64,000 nt of DNA from Gammaproteobacteria bacterium (GTDB lineage: Bacteria; Pseudomonadota; Gammaproteobacteria; Steroidobacterales; Steroidobacteraceae): the NCBI GenBank assembly GCA_027365225.1, contig DAHXNV010000010.1, forward strand, positions 11,487 to 75,486. Direction: 5' to 3'. The translations under genes and the position numbers were made by a program. Below, in pieces: positions 56,845 through 64,000 of the stretch (position 1 is its first letter; each line of letters starts with the position of its first letter). The notes under the pieces were generated by a model that searched no databases, had not been told where the DNA came from, and was given only the letters and a program-made list of their open reading frames with translations.

Positions 56845-58965
56845 CTACGGTTCTTCGGCAATTTCCAGATCCACCAGACCTTCGATGGGATTGACCGCCG
56901 TGACCACGACACGCAGCTGCGCCCCCGTGGCGAAGCGCCGGCCGGTCCGCCGCCCGCGCCAGGCATGCCCATGATCCTCCAGCACGTAATCATCGTCGCG
57001 CAGGCTCGTCAGGTGCAGCAAGCCATCGACCGCGACCTCGAGGATCTGCACGAAGCAGCCGAACTCCACCACCGTGGTGATCAGCCCGCGGAACACCTGG
57101 CCGATCCGCTCGCGCAGATAGGTGCATTTGAGGAACGTCGCGACATAACGATCGGCCTCGTCGGCGCGCTTCTCGAGCCGCGATGTGCTCTCGCCCAAGG
57201 CCGCGAGCGTTGCGGTCTCGTAGCGCACCGCCGCGCCCCCGGTCGCACCGAGCTGCGCCTTGAGCGTGCGATGCACGATCAGATCCGGATAGCGGCGGAT
57301 CGGCGAGGTGAAGTGCGCATACTCGGTCAGTGCCAGCCCGAAGTGCCCGATATTCACCGGCTGATACACCGCCTGCGGCATGGCGCGCACGATCAGCGAC
57401 TCGATGAACGGCCGCTCGGCGGCATGCCCGAGCCGGCGCGCGATCGCCTGCAGATCGCGGGTCGCGATACGCTCGGGCAGGTGCGCATCGATCCGCAGCG
57501 CCGAGAGCGTCGAGGTCAGTCGCTCGAGCTTCTCCGGCTCCGGCTCGCCGTGAACCCGATAAAGCGTGGGCGTGCGGGATTTCTCCAGCGCCTGCGCAAC
57601 CGCGACATTGGCCAGGACCATGCACTCTTCGATCAGCCGGTGCGCATCGTTGCGCATGCGCAGCTCCACGGCCCGGACCCGCTCGGCCGGATCGATGACG
57701 AGCCGGGCCTCGGGCGCATCGAAGTCGAGCGCACCGCGCCGGCTGCGCGCCTTGTGCAGCGCACGATAGACCTCCACCAGCACCTGCAGCGGCTCGAGCA
57801 GCGAGCCGAGCGCGTCCCGCGCGGCCGGCCGCCCTGCGAACAGTGCGTCGTATGCCTGAGTGTAGGTCAGGCGCGCCGCCGAGCGCATCACCGCCGGATA
57901 GAATCTGGCACTCTTCAGCACACCGCCGGCGCTGACGAGCATGTCGGCCGCAAAGCACAGCCGATCCACCCGTGGCGCGAGCGAACACAGGTGATCCGAC
58001 AGCGCGGTCGGCAGCATCGGAATCACGCGCGTTGGGAAATACACCGAGGTGCCGCGCTCGCAGGCTTCCACATCGAGTGCGGTATCCGGGCGCACGTAGT
58101 GGCTGACATCCGCGATCGCGACGATCAGCCGGAAACCCGCCGGATGATGCTCGGCGTAGACCGCGTCATCGAAGTCACGGGCATCCTCGCCATCGATCGT
58201 CACCAGCGGCAAGCCGCGCAGATCCTCGCGGCGCTCGGCCTCGCGCTCATCGACCACCGTGCCCCAGGCCTGCGCCTCACGCAACGCCGCAGCCGGAAAC
58301 TCGTGCGGCAATCCAAAGCGCGCCAGCGCGCTCTCCATCGCCAGCTCCACGGGACGGTCCGGATCGAGCCGCCGCTCGATGCGCGCCTGGGGCATCTCGG
58401 CGCCGGATCCGCGGCGCGTGATGCGCGCGATCACCCAATCGCCATCGCGCGCCCCGGCGAGCGCCTCGTGCGCCACGGTGCAGCGCAGGTGCACCCGCCG
58501 ATCCGCTGCCGTGACCCAGGCGTTGCGGCCGGCGATCTCGACCGTGCCGAGGAAGGCGCTCACGGCATGCTCGAGCACCTGCTCGACGGTGCCCAACCAG
58601 CGGCCTTCGGCGTCGCGCCCGAGGCGCGCGCTCAACCGGTCGCCATGCATCACCCCGCGCATCTGCGGGGGGGAGAGGAAGATGCTCTCCTTGATCCCCT
58701 CGACCCGCAGGAACCCGTAACCGGCCCGATGCGCGCTCACCTGTCCCTGGACGACCTCGCCCGCGTGGGTGGTGCGCTTGGCTGCGCCCGAGCGCGCCTG
58801 CGGGACTGTTCTGGCGTGCCGCGCCTTCTGGCCCGGTGCAGCGTGTTTTGCGCCCGGCTCCTGCCGCTCGGCCGGCGCCGCGCCGCTTGCGGCCTTGCCC
58901 CGCCCCTGCGCCCCGCCATCGCCGCCGCGGCGCCCATATTTTCCTCTTCGAGCCCTACCTTTCAA
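56845..58965 (-). CDS. rnr: Ribonuclease R
   Basis: Cold-shock-like domains, an RNB core (DGEDARDFDDAV; HFGLAL..YAHFTSPIRRYPDL) and a C-terminal S1 domain. The N-terminal ~70 aa are basic and low-complexity. Confidence 0.9.
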   Translation of the reverse strand: MKGRARRGKYGRRGGDGGAQGRGKAASGAAPAERQEPGAKHAAPGQKARHARTVPQARSGAAKRTTHAGEVVQGQVSAHRAGYGFLRVEGIKESIFLSPPQMRGVMHGDRLSARLGRDAEGRWLGTVEQVLEHAVSAFLGTVEIAGRNAWVTAADRRVHLRCTVAHEALAGARDGDWVIARITRRGSGAEMPQARIERRLDPDRPVELAMESALARFGLPHEFPAAALREAQAWGTVVDEREAERREDLRGLPLVTIDGEDARDFDDAVYAEHHPAGFRLIVAIADVSHYVRPDTALDVEACERGTSVYFPTRVIPMLPTALSDHLCSLAPRVDRLCFAADMLVSAGGVLKSARFYPAVMRSAARLTYTQAYDALFAGRPAARDALGSLLEPLQVLVEVYRALHKARSRRGALDFDAPEARLVIDPAERVRAVELRMRNDAHRLIEECMVLANVAVAQALEKSRTPTLYRVHGEPEPEKLERLTSTLSALRIDAHLPERIATRDLQAIARRLGHAAERPFIESLIVRAMPQAVYQPVNIGHFGLALTEYAHFTSPIRRYPDLIVHRTLKAQLGATGGAAVRYETATLAALGESTSRLEKRADEADRYVATFLKCTYLRERIGQVFRGLITTVVEFGCFVQILEVAVDGLLHLTSLRDDDYVLEDHGHAWRGRRTGRRFATGAQLRVVVTAVNPIEGLVDLEIAEEP

Positions 58966-59013
58966 TTGACAGCCCCCAACCCGGTGCGTAGATTTCGCCG
59001 CCGCGCCCTCCGG

Positions 59014-59098
<85 letters not shown>

Positions 59099-59321
59099 AT
59101 AATTCTATAATTTCCAATAACTTAAATCCTGTTTCTTGATTGACTTCCGAGGCATCCGGAGACGCTTCGAACAAGGGCGGCGGCCGGAGTATTACGCGGC
59201 CCTTCCTGTGCCTCGCCCCGGCTTACGCCGCGTCCGACGCACTCCGTGCGTCGGTATGATCCGCTCCCGGCCGATCATTGCTTTTATTCGTCATCGGGCC
59301 GCGGCAACATCTTAATCCTAG

Positions 59322-59483
59322 CAGGGCTCGATCGGGGCGGGGGAAATTCAAATCGAAACACGCTCCAGGGCCAAGTGGGCCTCGTTCTTCGCGCTCGAGG
59401 TCGAGGCACCGGAGGACTTGCTCACTGAGCGCGATGAGCCGCCGCCGCAATGGTGCGAGCGGATGTGCGGCGCGCGGGTGTAA
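59322..59483 (+). pseudogene. C-terminal fragment of a VagC/VapB (AbrB-type) antitoxin
   Basis: GEIQIETRSRAKWASFFALEVEAPEDLLTERDEPPPQ parallels GDSIILRPVRPTWGSFAQLEKADPDFMAEREDVV of VagC. The N-terminal DNA-binding half and a PIN toxin are absent. Confidence 0.35.
59327..59349. repeat. 23-bp perfect direct repeat, copy 1 (CTCGATCGGGGCGGGGGAAATTC)
   Basis: The identical 23-mer occurs at 63171-63193. Confidence 0.9.
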
Positions 59484-59568
59484 TCCGCCCGCGCCGATCA
59501 ACAGCTATCGGCGAACACCCCTCGGCGAGGCTCCTCGACGGCGATTGCATGGCGCGAATTGACCCGCG

Positions 59569-59786
59569 CTAGCGTCGCAGGTCGCGCTTCTTGCCCTCGA
59601 ACTCCCGCTTGCCGATCTCGCCTATCGCTCCTCGAGAATCCTCAGGGCCGAATTGCCGCGACAATCATCGCCGGGGCCGAGGTTACGCCCCCGGACCATC
59701 GCCACAATCACGGCCACGCAAATGCCGCTCAGCAGCAGCCAGACTCCGCCCATGTACCGACCCATACCCCACCACCGGCCGGTCAT
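59569..59786 (-). pseudogene. SHOCT-domain small membrane protein, apparently frameshifted
   Basis: The ATG at 59786 gives MTGRWWGMGRYMGGVWLLLSGICVAVIVAMV...ALRILEER, then a TAG stop. The rest of the SHOCT motif (GEIGKREFEGKKRDLRR, then stop) continues in an adjacent frame. Confidence 0.4.
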
Positions 59787-59909
59787 CTGACCGGCCTACC
59801 CCGGAAGCGCTGGATCGGGGCTCCTGCCCCGTCCTGCGCGGTTTTTCCCAAAAATCAGCCCGCCTCATGACTCGGGGTCGACCGTCGGTCGATGGGGACT
59901 GGCGTGCTG

Positions 59910-60521
59910 TCAATCGCACCCAATGGCAGTTACTCGAGCGGCTCGCTCCCCCGGGAGGTCCCCACCAACGTGCTCATGGCGTTCTCGTGAACAGCCTGCC
60001 GCTGCGCGACTGCCTGGTTGCTCAACCCCTGGCTTTTGACTCTCCCGCTGAGTCGTAACCGCTTGCCGGAAATCCGCCCCCCCGTGCCGCCACCCCTGCG
60101 GGCGTCCCAGCCCCACCATCCCGGCCACGGCGTATCGGTCCTGCTGGCGGCGCACCGTACGCTCGCAGAGGCCGAGCGCTCGCGCCACCTGCACTTGTTG
60201 CGCGAAACCCGCATCAACCCACATCAGCATCGCGTACGCCTCGGCCACCGCATCGGCGGCGCAGGAGTGATGCACCCCGAGCCCTCCTCCGAGGATCACC
60301 CGCTGATCCGCCTCGGCGCGTAGCGTACAGCGTGCATTGATCACTTTGGAGCGCGAGGGGGCGACCGCGGGCAGCCCCAGGGCGAGCCGCGTGTTCATGG
60401 GCCGCAGCCAAAGCGGACCGGTATTGGTCCGCAACCTCATCCCCGGAACCGCCTCTGTTTCAGGGCGTTGCGCTCGGCCAAGCCAAAAACCCGGACAGGT
60501 ATTGGTGCGCACCCTTGGCAT
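59910..60521 (-). pseudogene. Transposase-like N-terminal HTH region, frameshifted remnant
   Basis: Two overlapping minus-strand ORFs each carry one HTH-like segment (VARALGLCERTVRRQQDRYAVAGMVGL, and after a frame change, KSQGLSNQAVAQRQAVHENAM). No catalytic domain follows. Confidence 0.3.
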
Positions 60522-60816
60522 GCAGAGACCCGGTTTTCTGCCGCAAAAAGCGGCTATGTCGGGAGGTCTGAATTTATATTAACATGACTCTCCTGGGGAT
60601 TGGTTGGCGCGGCGCTTGGGCGGCGCTCCGTGATACTTGCCCTCTTCGCGTTGAAATAAACACAACTTGCGCTGTCGAGCGAGGCGTGCGGGTGGTCGAA
60701 AGAACACAGATTGAACGCAGACAGTGAACGGAGATGCCGTGATGCAGAGCCCTGGCAAACATTTATCGTCGCACGATCGTCGCACCCTGACTCGCGAGTC
60801 TCGCTGGCCAAAGTGG

Positions 60817-63135
60817 ATGGCGGGAATTGCCGCCCTGGCGTTCGGGTTTCTGACTGTGGTGTCTTGTGCGGCGGCGCAGAACGCGAGCGGGAATGCCGCC
60901 TACGTGAATCCCTTCATCGGAACGGGAGCGATCGGCGGCACGAATGTAAATGATTCGTATGAGAACCTCTTTCCGGGGCCGTCGATGCCGTTCGGGATGG
61001 TGCAACTGAGCCCGAACACCGAAAGTCATGGCTTCGGTTATCACTACGGCGAAAAGATGATTCACGGCTTCAGCATGACGCACATGAGCGGCGTCGGCTG
61101 CTCGAACGAGGGCGACGTGCTCTTCACGCCCACGACCGGTCCGATAGAAACTCGGGTCGCGGCATTCGAATCGCCCTACTCGAACAAACAGGAGAGTGCC
61201 TCGCCCGGCTACTACGAGGTTCACCTGCTGCGCTGGGGGATCGACGTCGCACTTACCGCCACGGACCGGACGGGTGAGGCGAAGATCGTCTACCCGGCGG
61301 GCAAGACGGCCAATCTGCTGGTTCCCATCAGCCGCACGCTCAATCGGACGGTCGGCGCCCATGTGCGCGTGGTGGGCTCGAACGAGATCGAAGGCTACGT
61401 AAGGAATGTGACGTTCTGCGACAGAGACAGTCCCTATGACGTCTACTTCGTCATGCATTTCAGCCAACCGTTCATCCGCTATGGCACGTGGCGAGGCTAT
61501 CTTGGCGCCGGACACGAGGGATTCATCAATAGTCCGCCGGCCAAGATCACCGTAGGCAGCCGTGAAGCGACCGAAGCCAGTCTGGACCGCCAGGTCGGCG
61601 CCTATGTTTCGTGGCCGTCGAGCGCGCGCCGCAGGACGGTGCTGGTCAAAGTCGGCATCTCTTACGTTGATCTTAAGGGAGCCGAGAACAATCTCGAGGC
61701 TGAAGCCGCGGGCAAGAGCTTCGCGCGGATTCGCGATCAGGCGGCAGCCGCGTGGAACAAGGCATTGGGCGTGATTGATGTACGCGGCGGCACGCGCCGG
61801 GAGAGGACCATCTTCTACACCGCGCTTTATCACGCGATGCTCATGCCGAGCCTCTTCAGTGATGCGGACGGAAGATACCTCGGCTTCGACGGTAAGATTC
61901 ACCGCGTCTCGCCCGGGCACGCCGTTTACGCCAACTTCTCCGGCTGGGACATCTATCGTAGCGAGATGCCGCTGCTTGCACTGATTGCACCGAAGCGCAT
62001 GGCCGACATCATGCAGTCGATCGTACTGATGTACCAGCAGGGCGGATGGATCGGCCGCTGGCCGCAGATCAATCACTACACCAACGTGATGGCGGGCAGT
62101 CCGCTCACCACGGTGATGGCCACGGCGTGGCTCGATGGCATCCATGGCTTCAACATCAAAGCCGCCTGGCAGGGCATGTACAAAGACGCGACCGAAGCGC
62201 CGCCGCCCGGCAAACCGTACCAGGGCGAGCGTGGCATCACGTGGATCAATAAGCTCCATTATGTGCCCAACAACAAGGTGCGGTATGGCTCGGTTGCCCA
62301 GCTCCAGGAAGACTGCGTCGCATATGCCTCGCTTTATGACCTGGCGAAGGCGCTGGGCAAGGACGGCGCGGCACGCACCCTGTACGAGCGAGCCCTCTAC
62401 TATCGTAACGTCTTCGACCCAGCGGACCGCATGTTCCGTCCGAAGAATGCCGACGGGAAATGGGTCACGCCCTTCAATCCGGACCAGACCGAGGGGTTCA
62501 TCGAAGGCTCGGGCTGGCAGTACCAGTGGTTTGCGCCGGCTGACCTGGCGTGGGTGATTCACGCGGTGGGGCGCGACCGGTTCAACCGACGGCTGACGCA
62601 CTTGTTCAGCTACCGCAAGCCCGAATGGCTTCCGCAGTACTACAACGCTTACAACGAGCCGGACCTCGAGGCACCGTTTGAATTTAACTTCTCGGGCGAA
62701 CCGTGGAAGGCCCAGAATGCGGTGCGCCGCATATTGAGGATGTACTACAGCGACACGCCGGACGGTGATGCCGGAAATGACGATGCCGGTGAGATGTCCT
62801 CCTGGGCGGTGATGAGCATGCTTGGCCTCTATTCGGTCGATCCCGCGAGCCGCGCCTATGAGCTGGTGAGCCCAGTCTTCTCCAGGAGTGTGATTCATCT
62901 GCACGCACCGTACGCGGGCAAGACGTTCACAATTGACACCTCGCCCGATCCGATGGCGCACCCGTACATTCACGGCGTGAAGCTCGACGGACGGACGCGT
63001 GCAAAGGACTGGATCTGGTTCGGCGACATCAGCAAGGGCGGAACGCTTTCATTCGCCCTGGGCTCGACGCCCGACAGACATTGGGGTACCGCGGCGGCCG
63101 ACGCCCCCCCGTCACTCAGCGATGAGAGTCCGTGA
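60817..63135 (+). CDS. Glycoside hydrolase family 92 (alpha-mannosidase-like), secreted
   Basis: The signal peptide MAGIAALAFGFLTVVSCAAAQ is followed by YVNPFIGTG, FSMTHMSGVGC, GNDDAGEMSSW and similar motifs. Alternative upstream ATGs at 60724 and 60742. Confidence 0.85.
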   Translation: MAGIAALAFGFLTVVSCAAAQNASGNAAYVNPFIGTGAIGGTNVNDSYENLFPGPSMPFGMVQLSPNTESHGFGYHYGEKMIHGFSMTHMSGVGCSNEGDVLFTPTTGPIETRVAAFESPYSNKQESASPGYYEVHLLRWGIDVALTATDRTGEAKIVYPAGKTANLLVPISRTLNRTVGAHVRVVGSNEIEGYVRNVTFCDRDSPYDVYFVMHFSQPFIRYGTWRGYLGAGHEGFINSPPAKITVGSREATEASLDRQVGAYVSWPSSARRRTVLVKVGISYVDLKGAENNLEAEAAGKSFARIRDQAAAAWNKALGVIDVRGGTRRERTIFYTALYHAMLMPSLFSDADGRYLGFDGKIHRVSPGHAVYANFSGWDIYRSEMPLLALIAPKRMADIMQSIVLMYQQGGWIGRWPQINHYTNVMAGSPLTTVMATAWLDGIHGFNIKAAWQGMYKDATEAPPPGKPYQGERGITWINKLHYVPNNKVRYGSVAQLQEDCVAYASLYDLAKALGKDGAARTLYERALYYRNVFDPADRMFRPKNADGKWVTPFNPDQTEGFIEGSGWQYQWFAPADLAWVIHAVGRDRFNRRLTHLFSYRKPEWLPQYYNAYNEPDLEAPFEFNFSGEPWKAQNAVRRILRMYYSDTPDGDAGNDDAGEMSSWAVMSMLGLYSVDPASRAYELVSPVFSRSVIHLHAPYAGKTFTIDTSPDPMAHPYIHGVKLDGRTRAKDWIWFGDISKGGTLSFALGSTPDRHWGTAAADAPPSLSDESP

Positions 63136-63170
63136 CGCCTCGGCATGAACGTTATCCGAGGGCCCGGGGC

Positions 63171-63193
63171 CTCGATCGGGGCGGGGGAAATTC
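63171..63193. repeat. 23-bp perfect direct repeat, copy 2
   Basis: Identical to 59327-59349. It lies 36 nt after the GH92 stop. Confidence 0.9.
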
Positions 63194-63387
63194 CGCGCAG
63201 CGACTTTAGAGCCCGGCGAGCCTCCAGATGCCCGAGGGGATCCGGGTCGCTCCGGCAATCGAGTTTTTGCAGAATCTCGTCTAGCTCGCCGCAACAGCCC
63301 GCCGGCCGTGCGGCGCCGCCCACCGGACTTGACTCGGCGGCGTGTCGCTTCTATCCTCTGCCGAGGCATCCGCCACCGCGTGTCGAG

Positions 63388-64000
63388 ATGATCCATCCGC
63401 GCACTGATCGCCGAGCCCACTGGCAGAACGTCTATCGGACCCAGCGCGCCGATGCGGTCAGCTGGTATCAACCCCACCTGAATGTGTCGCTGCAGCTTCT
63501 GGAGCAGGCCGGATTGTCCCCCGGCTCGCGCGTGATCGATGTGGGCGCGGGCGCCGCGACGCTCGTCGATGACTTGCTCGACCGGGGTCTTCGCGATATC
63601 AGCGTCCTGGATGTCTCGGAGGAGGCATTGGCGCTCGCTCGACACCGGCTCGGTGAGCGCGCGAATCGGGTCACGTGGTACGCGGGGGATGTCTTGGAAC
63701 TCGCGCTCCGGCCCGGATACTTCGATTTCTGGCACGATCGGGCGGTGCTGCACTTTCTCACCGACCCGGAGGATGCCCGCGCCTACGCCCACATCGCCGC
63801 GGGCGCACTCGCCACCGGCGGGCATGCGGTGATCGGCGGATTCGCGCCGGATGGTCCCGAGCGATGCAGCGGATTGCAGGTCGCGCAGCGATCCGCGCGC
63901 GACGTTGCCGCGATATTCGCGCCCGCATTCGAGTTGGTGCGGGAATGCACCGAGCGCCACCGTACGCCGGGCGGATCCGAGCAGTCATTCTCGTACGCGC
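63388..64000 (+). CDS. Class I SAM-dependent methyltransferase (partial, runs off window)
   Basis: Absent from the ORF track because it is open-ended. My own translation gives MIHPRTDRRAHWQNVYRTQRADAVSWYQPHL...RVIDVGAGAATLVDDLL...VLDVSEEAL...WHDRAVLHFL. Confidence 0.75.
   Translation, partial: MIHPRTDRRAHWQNVYRTQRADAVSWYQPHLNVSLQLLEQAGLSPGSRVIDVGAGAATLVDDLLDRGLRDISVLDVSEEALALARHRLGERANRVTWYAGDVLELALRPGYFDFWHDRAVLHFLTDPEDARAYAHIAAGALATGGHAVIGGFAPDGPERCSGLQVAQRSARDVAAIFAPAFELVRECTERHRTPGGSEQSFSYA

Noticed and set aside
59147-59158. 12-nt identity CCGAGGCATCCG, also at 63361-63372, as possible extra att sequence
   Set aside because: A 12-mer match is expected many times by chance in 64 kb of GC-biased DNA.
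60763-62973. 736-aa minus-strand ORF opposite the GH92 gene
   Set aside because: It is striking in length, but it is Arg/His/Gly-rich with no motifs. The plus strand carries unmistakable GH92 signatures and a signal peptide.

Overview
This is a high-GC chromosomal segment (roughly two-thirds G+C by eye, not computed). The gene content looks gammaproteobacterial and possibly Xanthomonadales-like, but that placement is inference. Many long ORFs in the track are antisense artefacts of the high GC content. Contents by position:

- **1-6760:** an mdtABC-type RND efflux operon on the minus strand. The last gene runs off the left edge.
- **~6960-13500:** a decayed accessory or mobile region. It holds a relaxase fragment, a RelE-like/HTH toxin-antitoxin pair, and a PEP-CTERM protein gene split by a complete ~2.43-kb IS. 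The IS has mapped inverted repeats and a 12-bp target duplication, and it carries a Dam-like methyltransferase plus an ISKra4-like transposase. Several orphan antitoxin-like genes follow.
- **13545-18671:** a ClC channel and a CpxRA-like two-component operon with small partner genes.
- **18725-33708:** a xanthomonadin-type (halogenated aryl-polyene) biosynthetic cluster at 19105-32812. It is bracketed by two unrelated genes that both encode 11-residue (hendecad) repeat helical proteins. One is secreted and His-rich; the other is C-terminally membrane-anchored.
- **33786-59098:** housekeeping genes. These are TSUP, beta-carbonic anhydrase, zwf, kbl-tdh, sppA, rpsP-rimM-trmD-rplS, ffh, a CorC-type transporter, radA, a PP2C+FHA pair, alr-dnaB-rplI-rpsR-rpsF, rlmB-rnr and tRNA-Leu(CAG).
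- **59099-63193:** a lower-GC islet next to the tRNA. It holds pseudogene debris and a GH92 glycosidase, with a 23-bp perfect direct repeat near each end.
- **63388-64000:** a partial SAM-methyltransferase gene at the right edge.

No CRISPR array or rRNA was seen. All family assignments come from reading the translated ORFs against remembered family signatures. No database search was run.
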